A stretch of DNA of 64,000 nt from Sandaracinaceae bacterium (GTDB lineage Bacteria > Myxococcota_A > Polyangia > Polyangiales > JAFGIB01): positions 29,031-93,030 of the forward strand of contig JADGRF010000196.1 in NCBI GenBank assembly GCA_017881055.1, read 5' to 3'. Position 1 is the first letter of the stretch. Every line of letters starts with the position of its first letter. Under the pieces are notes generated by a model. The model was not told where the DNA came from. It worked only from the letters and a program-made list of their open reading frames with translations, and did not search any database. Below, piece after piece: positions 18,280-28,100 of the stretch. The translations under genes and the position numbers were made by a program.

Positions 18280-20940
18280 CTATCGCTTGCCGGCCCGGAT
18301 GGAATTTCCTTGGCGCGAGCGCATGCGCTCGATGTCGCCGGGTTCGATCGCACCCACGAGGCTCACACGAATCGCCTGCGCTTGGCCCGTCGTGCGATCC
18401 TGCGCCTTCACGAGCAGCGTGCCGTCCGCGTCGATGATGAACGTCACGGCGATGCTGATCTCGCCACGCCGCCCCGTGCGCAGTCCCATGAGCTCGATCT
18501 GACCGAGCACTTGGTTCTCGTCGGTGCGGCGCGCCTCGCCCTGACAGACGCGCATGCTCACGACCACCTGGTTGTCCTGGCTGGTGGAGAAGATGCGCGT
18601 CTGCTCGGTCGGGATTGGCGCGTTGCGTTCGATGACCTGCTCGCAGAACCCACCCGCGGTCTCGACCGACAGCGTGTGGGGCGTGACGTCGAGCAGCAGC
18701 AACGGCGCGTTCGGGCGCGCGGGCGCGGGGAACTGACTCTGCGTCGTGGCGACGGCAGCAGGTGGAGCCGCAGGCACGGCATCCTTCACGGCGGGCGTGG
18801 AAGCCGGCATCGACACGGGTGTCGCTGCAGCTGACGGCTGCGGCGCCTTCCACACGGGGGCCGGGGCTGGCGCGACGGGCGCCGGCGCCGACACTTGACC
18901 CGCTCGCAGCGCCGCCGCCTCCTTCGCCAATGTCACATCGCCTGGGTTCTTCGCGATCAGCTCGTCGTAGATGGCCAGCGCGCGGTCGACATGCCCCTGC
19001 GTGGCAAAGAGGCGCGCCATGGAGTGCGTGCGGATCGGCTCCTGTGCGCTCACAGGTACTTGCGACACAGGTGCAGCGGCCGGAGCAACTGAGGCCGCGG
19101 GCGCCGCCGGAGGCGCGAGAGAAGCCGCGCGCTGTGCAGCTTTCGCTTTCGGCGTCTCGGCCAAGGTCGACGTGGCGGGCTTCGTGACGCGCGGCGCGGG
19201 CGCCGGGCTCGCCGCTTCGCGCCGCTGCGCCTTGAGCGCCGCCGGCACGGCTTCCTCGGCGATCTCGTTCATCGCCAGCGGGAATGCCGCTGCGTCAGCT
19301 GGAACGCGTGGCGCGGGCGGCAACGTGACCGGCGCCGCGCTCGGCTGCGGGATGCTCCGCGGCAAACCCGACGGCCGCTTGCCGAGCTTCGCTCCGGGCG
19401 TCTCCGCCAGGGTACGAGTTGGCGCTGGAGCGCGCGCGCTCTCCAACACGGCCGCAATCGGCGGCGGCGTCGGCAGCGCCGCGCCGGCGGCCAGCGGCGC
19501 GGGAACCGGCGGTGCCTTCGAGCCGACACCCGTCAGCGTCGACTTGGGCATTGCGGCCGCGCGCGCGGGCGCGGGGTCAGGTCGCTGCGCCACGGTCGTT
19601 GGCAAGTCGTCGAACGGCGCGTCTGGGTTGCGCACCGCAACACTGGTCGGCTGATCTTCGAAGCCACTGCTAGGCGGGCTCGACTGCGCGAGCGAGCGCG
19701 GCTTCGCATACTCGAGTGTCGGCTCCGAGCGCATGCGCGGCGGCAGCGGCGTGCCCGACCGCGTCTTGGTCAAGCTCTGCACGGGATCCTGCCGGTTCGC
19801 CGACAGCGCAAAACCCTGCAGCGCGGCGCCCTGCGCCACGACCAGATCCGGATCTACGCTCGACTGCGGCCGCACGCCAAAGTACTCGCCAACCATGTCG
19901 CGAACCTTCGGTGTGCGCGTCTGGCCGCCGACCAAGATCACGCCATCGAGCTGCGACGGCCGCACACCCGCCAGGCGCAGCGCGTCTTCGCAGATGTCGA
20001 ACGTGCGACCGATCAAACCGAAGATCATGTGATCCAGCTCGGAGCGCGCGAGCCCGAACACGAGATCGATCGGCTTGCCGTTCGAGCTATATGCGACTTC
20101 CTGCACGGTCACTTCGGCGCGCTCGAGCAGCGACAGCTGACACTTGGCCCACTCGGCCGCCAAGCACACCCGCTCGTACGCTTGCACGTCCTGCGCGAGA
20201 TCGATGAAGTGCTTGGCCAGGAACTCGGCGACCATCTTGTCGGCGATCAAGCGATCGATGTCGTCGCCGCCCAAGTACGTGTCACCGGCCGTTGCGACGA
20301 CTTCGATCACGTCACCGGAAAGCTCGAGGATCGAGATGTCGAACGTGCCACCGCCGAGATCGTAGACCGCGATGCGCTGGTTCGTGTTGGCTTGGTAGCC
20401 GTACGCGAGCGCGGCCGCCGTCGGCTCGTTCAAGATGCGCAGCACGTTGAGGCCGGCGATGCGCCCGGCGTCGCGCGTCGCCATGCGCTGCAGCTCGTTG
20501 AAGTTCGCCGGCACGGTCACGACCGCGTTCACGCACGACTGACCGAGCGCTTCTTCCGCCACCTTGCGCAGCTCGCGCAGCACGAACGACGAGATCTCGG
20601 GCAGCGAGTAGAGCTCACCGCGCGCCTGCACCATCACCCCACCGGTCGCGCCCTCTTCGAGCTTGAACGGCAAGCGCTCGGCGGCGCGGCGCACCTCGGG
20701 ACTGCGGAACGGACGACCGATCAAGCGCTTGACCGAGAACACCGTGTTCGTCGCATCGACGAGGCGCCGCTCGCGCGCCGGATGGCCGACCAGAATCTGC
20801 CCCGACGGATGGAACGACACCGTGGACGGCGTCAGCAGGTGCCCGCCTTCGTCGCGCAGCACGCGCACGCGGTTTTGATCCGCGTACGCCACCACCGAGT
20901 TGGTCGTCCCCAGATCGATGCCGAGAACGGGGCTCGCCAT
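18280..20940 (-). CDS. atypical Hsp70 family protein (NBD + ~366-aa disordered insertion + SBD-beta, no lid)
   Basis: GIDLGTTNS, DLGGGTFD and VGGQTRTPKV in aa 1-380. LLLLDVTPHTLSVETAGG... from aa ~747. The Pro/Ala-rich segment between them is encoded at nt 18703-19800. Confidence 0.88.
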   Translation of the reverse strand: MASPVLGIDLGTTNSVVAYADQNRVRVLRDEGGHLLTPSTVSFHPSGQILVGHPARERRLVDATNTVFSVKRLIGRPFRSPEVRRAAERLPFKLEEGATGGVMVQARGELYSLPEISSFVLRELRKVAEEALGQSCVNAVVTVPANFNELQRMATRDAGRIAGLNVLRILNEPTAAALAYGYQANTNQRIAVYDLGGGTFDISILELSGDVIEVVATAGDTYLGGDDIDRLIADKMVAEFLAKHFIDLAQDVQAYERVCLAAEWAKCQLSLLERAEVTVQEVAYSSNGKPIDLVFGLARSELDHMIFGLIGRTFDICEDALRLAGVRPSQLDGVILVGGQTRTPKVRDMVGEYFGVRPQSSVDPDLVVAQGAALQGFALSANRQDPVQSLTKTRSGTPLPPRMRSEPTLEYAKPRSLAQSSPPSSGFEDQPTSVAVRNPDAPFDDLPTTVAQRPDPAPARAAAMPKSTLTGVGSKAPPVPAPLAAGAALPTPPPIAAVLESARAPAPTRTLAETPGAKLGKRPSGLPRSIPQPSAAPVTLPPAPRVPADAAAFPLAMNEIAEEAVPAALKAQRREAASPAPAPRVTKPATSTLAETPKAKAAQRAASLAPPAAPAASVAPAAAPVSQVPVSAQEPIRTHSMARLFATQGHVDRALAIYDELIAKNPGDVTLAKEAAALRAGQVSAPAPVAPAPAPVWKAPQPSAAATPVSMPASTPAVKDAVPAAPPAAVATTQSQFPAPARPNAPLLLLDVTPHTLSVETAGGFCEQVIERNAPIPTEQTRIFSTSQDNQVVVSMRVCQGEARRTDENQVLGQIELMGLRTGRRGEISIAVTFIIDADGTLLVKAQDRTTGQAQAIRVSLVGAIEPGDIERMRSRQGNSIRAGKR

Positions 20941-21007
20941 GCGCCGACCCTAACCCGCGCGGCGCGCGGCCCTCAACCCTTTAGGCGCCGTTTCGCGCAG
21001 GACCGCG

Positions 21008-23791
21008 TCAAACTTCGGGTGTTCCGCCAGCGCCGTCGTCACCGTGGTCGTCGGAACCAGCGCTGGGATCGCCGGCATCACCAGTTTCGCCAGCTGGCGC
21101 CGGCTCGGTGCCACCCGGTGGGATGCGCGAGTTGCGCGCTTCGTCGTCGCGCTCGGCGAGCTTCGCTACGTCCACGACGCGCTCGCTCTCGCCCAGGCTC
21201 ATCACGCGCACACCTTGGGTGTTGCGACCGACCTCACGCACCTGCGCAACCTCGGTGCGAATCACCTGGCCACCGTTCGTGATGCACATGAACTGCTCGC
21301 TCGGTACCACCAAGCACAGGTTCACGACCTCACCGTTACGCTCGGAGGTCTCCATCGCGATGATGCCGATGCCGCCGCGACCCTGCACGCGCCAGTCGCC
21401 CACGGGCGTGCGCTTGCCGTAACCGTTCGCGCTGACCGTGAGCACCTGCTGCTCGACCTTTTGCGAGCCCGCCTCCGGCGCTTCGCCTTTCGAACCCGCC
21501 TGCGGCGGTTCTACCTGAATCACGTCCATGCCGATCACGCGGTCGCCCTCACGCAGCTCGATGCCGCGCACACCGCGCGCATCGCGGCCCATCGGACGCA
21601 CATCCGCGATGTTGAAGCGAATCGACATGCCGCGGGCGGTGCCGAGGATCACGTCCTGGCCTTCTTTCACGACCTTGGCCGTGAGCAGCGCGTCTTCCGG
21701 CGCGAGCCCCACCGCGATGATGCCGGTCGAACGAATGTTCGAGTACGCGGCGAGCGACGTGCGCTTGACCGTGCCGCCACGCGTGCACGTGAGCAGGTGA
21801 TCGCCCTCGACGAACTCCTTGATCGGCACGATCGCAGCGACGCGGTCGCCCGGATCCATGCCGACGAAGTTCACGATCGCACGGCCACGCGAGGCACGCC
21901 CCGACTCCGGGATCTCGTACACCTTCTTCAGGTACGCGACGCCCTTGTCGCTGAGATACAGCACGTGATCGTGGTTGTTCGCGATGAAGATCTGTTCGAC
22001 GAAATCTTCCTCGCGCGTGTCCATGGCGCGCTTGCCGCGACCGCCGCGACCCTGCGCGCGATACTCCGACGTCGGCACGCGCTTGATGTAGCCGGCGTGG
22101 CTGACGGTCACGACCACGTCTTCGTTGCTGACGAGGTCCTCGATGCTGATGTCGCCTTCGTCGGCGACGATCTGCGTGCGGCGTTCGTCGCCGTACCGAT
22201 CGCGGATCTCGTCCAGCTCCCGCACGATCACGTTCTTGAGCTCGCTCTCGCTGGCGAGGATCGCCTGCAGGCGCACGATCGTCTCGCACAGCTGGCCGTA
22301 CTCGGCGGCCAGCTTGTCGTGCTCGAGGCCGGTCAAGCGCGACAGCCGCATCTCGAGAATGGCCTTGGCCTGACGCTCGGACAGAAAGTAGTCGCCCCGC
22401 GCCTTGGCAACGTCGATCTCAGCCTGCGGACGCCCCGCACGCAGCACGAAGGCTTCGAGCCCCTTGAGCGGCAACGCCATCAAGTCGCGACGCGCGTCGT
22501 CGACGTCGCGCGCGGCGCGGATCGTCTTGATCACCAAGTCGGTCTCGGTCACGGCCATGCCGAGACCTTCGACGATCTCGCGCTGGCTCTCGGCTTCACG
22601 CAGCTCGTAGCGCGTGCGGCGCGTGACCACCTCGCGCCGATGCTCGATGAAGTAGCCGAGCGTGTCTTTCAAGTTGAGCAAACGCGGCCGGTTGCCCACG
22701 ATCGCCAGGTTGTTCACACCGAAGCTGCTCTGCAGCGGCGTCATCTGGAACAGCTGGTTCAGAACGATCTGCGGCTCGGCATCGCGCTTGACCTCGATCA
22801 CCACGCGCATGCCGTCGCGATCCGACTCGTCGCGCAGGTCGCTGATGCCCTCGATGCGCTTCTCGCGCACGAGCTGCGCGATCTTCTTCACGAGCTCGGC
22901 CTTGTTCACCTGGTACGGCAGCTCGGTGATCACCACCTGCTCGCGATCCGACTTGCCGGGGATCGGCTCGAACATGGTGCGCGCGCGCATCACGATCCGA
23001 CCACGACCCGTGTGAAACGCTTGGCGAATGCCCGCGATGCCATGCACGAAGCCGGCGGTCGGGAAGTCCGGTCCTTTGAGACCGATGCGACGGCGCGGCT
23101 TGGGCGTCTTGTCGTTATCGTTATCGTTATCGGACGACTCGTCGTCCGACGCTTCCGGCTCGTCGATCATCAGCTCGTCGATCGAGATCTCGGGATTCAG
23201 GATCACGCGAATGGTCGCGTCGATCACTTCGCGCAGGTTGTGCGGCGCGACGTTCGTCGCCATGCCAACGGCAATGCCCGACGAACCGTTCACCAGCAGG
23301 TTGGGCACACGGCTCGGCAGCACGAGCGGCTCGCGCTCGGACTCGTCGAAGTTGGGACCGAAGTCGACGGTCTCCTTGTCGATGTCGGCGAGCAGCTCGG
23401 TTGCGAACCGAGCCATGCGCGACTCGGTGTAACGCATTGCAGCCGGCGAATCGCCGTCGACCGAGCCGAAGTTGCCCTGGCCGTCGACGAGCGGGTAGCG
23501 CATCGAAAACGACTGCGCCATGCGCACGAGCGAATCGTAGACCGCCGCGTCACCGTGCGGGTGGTACTTGCCGAGCACTTCGCCGACCACACGCGCCGAC
23601 TTACGGTACTGGGTGTTCCAGTTGAGCTTCATCTCGTGCATCGCAAAGAGAATGCGGCGATGCACTGGCTTGAGGCCGTCGCGGACGTCGGGGATTGCGC
23701 GTCCGATGATGACGGACATCGCGTACTCGAGGTACGCGCTGCGCAGCTCGTCCTCGATGGCGACAACGATCTTGGAGGTGGGTTCAGCCAT
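21008..23791 (-). CDS. gyrA: DNA gyrase subunit A
   Basis: [24 protein letters not shown], the catalytic region AAMRYTE, and a GyrA box in the first CTD blade (QGRGGRGK). Acidic C-terminal tail. Confidence 0.95.
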   Translation of the reverse strand: MAEPTSKIVVAIEDELRSAYLEYAMSVIIGRAIPDVRDGLKPVHRRILFAMHEMKLNWNTQYRKSARVVGEVLGKYHPHGDAAVYDSLVRMAQSFSMRYPLVDGQGNFGSVDGDSPAAMRYTESRMARFATELLADIDKETVDFGPNFDESEREPLVLPSRVPNLLVNGSSGIAVGMATNVAPHNLREVIDATIRVILNPEISIDELMIDEPEASDDESSDNDNDNDKTPKPRRRIGLKGPDFPTAGFVHGIAGIRQAFHTGRGRIVMRARTMFEPIPGKSDREQVVITELPYQVNKAELVKKIAQLVREKRIEGISDLRDESDRDGMRVVIEVKRDAEPQIVLNQLFQMTPLQSSFGVNNLAIVGNRPRLLNLKDTLGYFIEHRREVVTRRTRYELREAESQREIVEGLGMAVTETDLVIKTIRAARDVDDARRDLMALPLKGLEAFVLRAGRPQAEIDVAKARGDYFLSERQAKAILEMRLSRLTGLEHDKLAAEYGQLCETIVRLQAILASESELKNVIVRELDEIRDRYGDERRTQIVADEGDISIEDLVSNEDVVVTVSHAGYIKRVPTSEYRAQGRGGRGKRAMDTREEDFVEQIFIANNHDHVLYLSDKGVAYLKKVYEIPESGRASRGRAIVNFVGMDPGDRVAAIVPIKEFVEGDHLLTCTRGGTVKRTSLAAYSNIRSTGIIAVGLAPEDALLTAKVVKEGQDVILGTARGMSIRFNIADVRPMGRDARGVRGIELREGDRVIGMDVIQVEPPQAGSKGEAPEAGSQKVEQQVLTVSANGYGKRTPVGDWRVQGRGGIGIIAMETSERNGEVVNLCLVVPSEQFMCITNGGQVIRTEVAQVREVGRNTQGVRVMSLGESERVVDVAKLAERDDEARNSRIPPGGTEPAPAGETGDAGDPSAGSDDHGDDGAGGTPEV

Positions 23792-23958
23792 GAGAGCGCG
23801 CGCACGCTACCACACGGAAACTGCGCTTGGGATCCCAGGTTGATCCGACCCGCCCTCGCCAACGACGTTTCTTGGAATTGCCAACCTGGTTGCCGTGGCG
23901 GCTCGCCTTTGGCGCTGGAATCTGGGAGCTTTCAGGACGACTCACGTAGGCACTTCTT

Positions 23959-24336
23959 TTGCAGAGTGTCCTTCCGGAGATCTCCGTGCCGCGTACCGTT
24001 CCAACGCTGATGATCGTGTGCTTCGCGGGCTGCGTTGGCCTACTCGCAGACTGCACGTCGCGCACCTTGCCACTGCCGCCACCGGAGGTCAGCAGCGTGA
24101 GTCTGCCCAACTCGCTCGGTCAGGTCACGGTGTCCGGTTACGCGCTCGAGGGCGCTTCGATCGGCGTGGTCAACGATCGCACTCTCGCCGGCACGATCAC
24201 GACCAGCGCGAAGTCCAACTGCGATCGCACGTGCCCGTTCACGGCCACCGTTCCCGCGAAAAGCGGCGACGGTCTGCGCGTCTGGCAGTTCTTCGAGACC
24301 GAAGGCTCGATCGAAGAGGTAGTCCCCACTCCGTGA
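23959..24336 (+). CDS. hypothetical small secreted protein or lipoprotein
   Basis: High GC3 frame with a hydrophobic N-terminus containing Cys (..LMIVCFAGC..LLADC). The start is ambiguous (TTG at 23959 or ATG at 24010). Followed by a terminator-like element. Confidence 0.5.
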   Translation: MQSVLPEISVPRTVPTLMIVCFAGCVGLLADCTSRTLPLPPPEVSSVSLPNSLGQVTVSGYALEGASIGVVNDRTLAGTITTSAKSNCDRTCPFTATVPAKSGDGLRVWQFFETEGSIEEVVPTP

Positions 24337-24361
24337 GGTAGGAGTCCCGCGCGGTTTTTTT
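24326..24361 (+). terminator. candidate intrinsic terminator
   Basis: ACTCC(24328-24332)/GGAGT(24341-24345) and a GC-rich CCGCGCGG, followed by T7 (24355-24361), overlapping the stop at 24334-24336. Confidence 0.4.
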
Positions 24362-24395
24362 GACCGGTGGACGACTCTTCCCTACATGGTTTTAC

Positions 24396-25283
24396 ATGGA
24401 AAACCAAGTTCGCGATCTGGAGCAGTTGGAGGAACGGGATCCTCAGGACCGCGGCCGACGCATCGGCATGGTCTTGATGGCGACGCTGGGCATCGTCGCA
24501 CTGACCTTCGCCATGGGCGTGGTCGTGGGCAAGGCCGCGGAGCCGGCAGCGAGCACCAAGGATCCGCTCGATCAGCTCGACCGCGTGGCCGCAGCCACCG
24601 CGAAGCCTAGCGCGCCCGCCGCAGCTGCCGCGAAGGGCGAGTCGACCGCCGTCAACGCGGCGGACCTGTCGTTTCCGAAAAGCCTCACCGAAGAAGAAGA
24701 CCGTCCCGAGGTGATCGCGGCCCTGGCCGCCGCCGCGAAGGAAGAAGAGACGCTCGACGACAAGGTTCCCGCCGCTACCGTGCTCGCGGCGACCGCCGTC
24801 GACGCGCAGACCGCCGCCGGTGCAGCGCGGACGACTCACGCTGCGCAACCGTCAACTGCAGCCGACGACGAAGCGGGCGACGAGCCTGCCCATCCGGCAG
24901 CCCTACCCGCTGCCGTGGCTGCGGGTTCAGCGGGACAGAAGCTCTTGAAGGCTGCCAAGCACGACCAGCTCGTCGCCGCCGCGCTCCCCGAGGCCGCCCC
25001 GAAAGAGCGCGCGCCCCACGGCGAAGAGGGTGAATTCACGCTGCAGATCGTCAGCTACGACGCGCCGGCTCCAGCCCAAGCGTTCGCGAGCAGCCTGCGC
25101 GCGAAGGGGCACGAGGCGTTCGTGACCTCCGCCGACGTGCCGGACCGCGGTCGCTACTACCGCGTGCGCATCGGACCTTTCGCCACGCGCGATCGTGCCG
25201 CAGCCTACCGGCACAAATTCGAAAACGACGAGCACATGAACACGATCGTCGTTCGCCGCTCCAAAGACGAGAGCGAGCGCTGA
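24396..25283 (+). CDS. SPOR domain-containing membrane protein
   Basis: TM helix IGMVLMATLGIVALTFAMGVVV. C-terminal SPOR-like FTLQIVSYDAPAPAQAFASSLRAKGHEAFV...YYRVRIGPFATRDRAAAY. Confidence 0.8.
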   Translation: MENQVRDLEQLEERDPQDRGRRIGMVLMATLGIVALTFAMGVVVGKAAEPAASTKDPLDQLDRVAAATAKPSAPAAAAAKGESTAVNAADLSFPKSLTEEEDRPEVIAALAAAAKEEETLDDKVPAATVLAATAVDAQTAAGAARTTHAAQPSTAADDEAGDEPAHPAALPAAVAAGSAGQKLLKAAKHDQLVAAALPEAAPKERAPHGEEGEFTLQIVSYDAPAPAQAFASSLRAKGHEAFVTSADVPDRGRYYRVRIGPFATRDRAAAYRHKFENDEHMNTIVVRRSKDESER

Positions 25284-25296
25284 CACCTGACTTCGG

Positions 25297-25327
25297 GTGA
25301 CATCCTGCACGCCGAGTCCTCTATAAT
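25297..25327 (+). promoter_or_regulatory. candidate sigma-70-type promoter (GTGACA-19 nt-TATAAT) upstream of pilT
   Basis: A perfect TATAAT at 25322-25327 in a GC-rich genome, 22 nt before the pilT ATG. The -35-like GTGACA is at 25297-25302, but the spacer is long. Confidence 0.3.
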
Positions 25328-25348
25328 GAGGACCGCGCGGGATTTGCC

Positions 25349-26389
25349 ATGGATGAGAAGACGTTCCACGACCTGCTGCAGCGCGGCGCGCGTTATCGCG
25401 CCAGCGACGCGCTGTTCAAGGTCGGGCAACCGCCCGCATTCCGCGTAGCGGGCAGCCTGCACTACCTGCAGGGCGAGCGTCTGCGTCCAGAGCACACGCT
25501 CGCGCTCGCGGAAATCGTGATGCGCCAGTCGCGCTACAAAGGCGATGTGCACGACGTGTTCGAGCACGACACGGCGTACAGCGTCTCGGGGCTCGGCCGC
25601 TATCGCGTGAACGTGTATCGCCAACGCGGCACGTTTGCGCTCGCGCTACGCAACATCCCGCTCGAGATTCCGACCTTCGAGCAGCTTCGCTTGCCAGCCG
25701 CGGCGCACGCGCTGGCCGAGGTCGAGCGGGGCCTCGTGCTCGTGGTGGGAGCAGCTGGAAACGGCAAATCGTCGACCTTGGCGGCGATGATCGGGCACAT
25801 CAACCAGACCCGTCGCTCGCACATCGTCACGATCGAAGACCCGATCGAGTTTCTGCATGCCGACCAGCTCGCCACGATCTCGCAGCGCGAAGTCGGCGTC
25901 GACACGCCCAACTTCGCGTCGGCGCTGCGTGCCGCCCTGCGCCAGGATCCCGACGTGATCTTGGTCGGCGAGATCCGCGACGAAGACACCATGGACACGG
26001 CGCTCAAGGCCGCTGAGACCGGTCACTTGGTGCTGTCCACGCTGCACACCGCGGACGTCGCACGCACCGTGGGGCGCATCCTTGCGCTCACCAAATCCTC
26101 GGATCCGGGCGAGACGCGCGAGCGCCTGGCGGACAACCTCAAAGGTGTGCTCGCGCAACGGCTGCTGCCTACGCCGGACGGTGAGAACCGCGTGCTGGCC
26201 GCCGAGGTGCTCGTGGTCACCGGCACGGCGCGCGAGTCGATCCGCAGGCCCGAGAAGAACCTGCCCATCAAGGACGTGATGGAGCGCGGCGTGCACCCGT
26301 ACGGCATGCAGACCTTCGAGATGAGCATGCGTCAGCTGGTGACCGAGGGGAAGCTCTCGGTCGAAGTGGCGCGGCAAGCGCTCGATTGA
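25349..26389 (+). CDS. pilT: PilT-family type IV pilus retraction ATPase paralogue
   Basis: Walker A GAAGNGKSST, Asp box/Walker B DPDVILVGEIRD and the His box region LSTLHT. 346 aa. Confidence 0.85.
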   Translation: MDEKTFHDLLQRGARYRASDALFKVGQPPAFRVAGSLHYLQGERLRPEHTLALAEIVMRQSRYKGDVHDVFEHDTAYSVSGLGRYRVNVYRQRGTFALALRNIPLEIPTFEQLRLPAAAHALAEVERGLVLVVGAAGNGKSSTLAAMIGHINQTRRSHIVTIEDPIEFLHADQLATISQREVGVDTPNFASALRAALRQDPDVILVGEIRDEDTMDTALKAAETGHLVLSTLHTADVARTVGRILALTKSSDPGETRERLADNLKGVLAQRLLPTPDGENRVLAAEVLVVTGTARESIRRPEKNLPIKDVMERGVHPYGMQTFEMSMRQLVTEGKLSVEVARQALD

Positions 26390-26403
26390 CGCGGCAGTCG
26401 CCG

Positions 26404-27729
26404 TCAGTGCTTCGTGGTTTCAGCTGACGAAGTTGCGGGTTCCGTGTGCGCGGCCACGGTTGCCTGCGGGGGCTTGCCGGTCGCAGGGCCTCGCTTCGTC
26501 GCAGCGGGGACGAGGTACTCGCGCAGCGCTTCGCGTGCGAGAAAGCTGCCCTTGATGCGCCACTTCGGCGTGTTCACGACCAGCGCCGCGACCGCGATCT
26601 TCGGTTGGTTGGCAGGCGCGAAGCCCACCCACCAGCTGTACGCGCGGTACGGTCCGTCGGCGCTGAGCGAACCCGTCTTGCCCGCCACGTCGATGCCCGG
26701 CAGATACGACTTGCCGTGCTCGTAGAACGCGCTGCGAGCGGTGCCGTCGGTGACGGTGCGCAGCATCATGTGCCCGACCGTGCGCGCCGTGCTCTTCTCG
26801 ATGACGGTGCGCAGCGCTTCCGGCTTCCACGTCTGCAGCACGTTGCCGCTGGCGTCGAGCACGCGCTCGATCATGGAGGGCTTGGGCATCACACCGTCTG
26901 CTGCAATCGTGGACGCGATCAGCGCCGCGTGCAGCGGGGACATGTGCATGTGCCAGAAGCCCGCCGCCGTGCGCGCGAATTCCAGACGCTCCTCGGGAAC
27001 ATCGTACGAGCTGGCAGCCGTCTCGACGTCGAATGGAAGCTTGCGGCCGAAGCCGTACGCGTCGGCGTAGCGCCGCAGCGTGGCCGGATCGAGGTGCTTG
27101 TCCGCGAGCTTGGCGAACACGGCGTTGATCGAGCCCCCGAGCGCTTCCGTCAACGTCGCGCACGTGCGATCGCGCCGTGGGTCGTCGTTGATGTCGGCGA
27201 GCGCTAGGTGCGACAGGCCACCGCCGTAGCAGGCGCTGGTCTCGGGGCCGACACCGACATCCACCAACGCAGACGCGGTGATCAGCTTGAAGACCGACGC
27301 GGAAGGCGGCGTGGCGTCGCGCACGAGATCACCGGCGGCGGGATTGGCGGTCGAGTGGCTCACGTACGCCAGCACGCGCCCGGTGCTGGGCTCGATCGCC
27401 ACCAGCGCTCCGTACGGCACTGCGTAGTCCGAGAGCAGCTTCTCGATGTGGGCCTGCAGCTTCGGGTCCAGCGTGAGCTCGGCGTGGGCCCCGGCATCGA
27501 GCGTGGCCACGAGGTGGTCGCCCTCGAGCTGGTGCTTGCGCGGATCGAACGACGCCAGCAGCGCGCGCGGCTTGGGCGGCGCCGGTTTCGGCTTGGCAAC
27601 GCGCTCAGGCTGCGGCGCGGCGGCGTCGCTGGCGCGTTGATCATCGGCTGCGGCGAGCGCGATCACGGAACCAGCCAGCGCGGCCGCCAGCACACAAGAC
27701 ACGACGACCCGCGGGGAACCCCGAACCAT
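26404..27729 (-). CDS. penicillin-binding protein (transpeptidase domain)
   Basis: N-terminal TM helix, SVFKLITA (SxxK) and AGKTGS (KTG). Confidence 0.8.
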   Translation of the reverse strand: MVRGSPRVVVSCVLAAALAGSVIALAAADDQRASDAAAPQPERVAKPKPAPPKPRALLASFDPRKHQLEGDHLVATLDAGAHAELTLDPKLQAHIEKLLSDYAVPYGALVAIEPSTGRVLAYVSHSTANPAAGDLVRDATPPSASVFKLITASALVDVGVGPETSACYGGGLSHLALADINDDPRRDRTCATLTEALGGSINAVFAKLADKHLDPATLRRYADAYGFGRKLPFDVETAASSYDVPEERLEFARTAAGFWHMHMSPLHAALIASTIAADGVMPKPSMIERVLDASGNVLQTWKPEALRTVIEKSTARTVGHMMLRTVTDGTARSAFYEHGKSYLPGIDVAGKTGSLSADGPYRAYSWWVGFAPANQPKIAVAALVVNTPKWRIKGSFLAREALREYLVPAATKRGPATGKPPQATVAAHTEPATSSAETTKH

Positions 27730-27881
27730 TCCCGAAGCTAACGGCGCGGGATCTCCCGGGTCAAAAAAAGATCGGTCACTGCGGAGAGGAGCTCGCGAAA
27801 CTCTCTTCCACCCCGGCCCGTAGGTCGGTATAGGCTATCGCCACGTCGAACTCGCCGATCACGATCGATTACGGGCTGTGC

Positions 27882-28097
27882 ATGGCCGATGGCGTTGGTC
27901 CCCTCGGGGGCCTGCGCGATACCGAGCTCGATGCCGAGCGGCCTGCGTTCGAGAAAGCAGCCAAGCATGTCGCTGCGCAGGTGGAGAGCGGTACGCTGGG
28001 TTTTTGGCGCCTGCCCGAGGGTCGCGATCAGGTCGCGCTCGTGCGCGCGCAATATGCACGCTCCTCAAGGTTACCGCGTGCAGTGACGACGCTGTGA
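27882..28097 (+). pseudogene. possible N-terminal remnant of a glucose-6-phosphate isomerase
   Basis: A 71-codon, GC3-rich ORF. GGLRDTELDAERPAFEKAAKHVAAQVESGTLGFWRLPEGRDQVALVRAQ resembles the N-terminus of short bacterial PGIs (..G..FLGW.DLP...D..E...I). The SIS core (GIGGS) is absent. Confidence 0.3.
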
Positions 28098-28100
28098 CAC

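Noticed and set aside
21044-24010. A 988-aa ORF on the plus strand, the longest ORF in the track.
   Set aside because: It is entirely antisense to gyrA. The translation is Arg/Ala/His-rich with no motifs. Its third-codon positions correspond to non-wobble positions of gyrA. This is a classic high-GC shadow ORF.
27738-28052. A 104-aa minus-strand ORF in the PBP-glbO gap.
   Set aside because: It is antisense to the better-supported PGI-like fragment and has poor composition (Arg-rich). It has no start context or motif.
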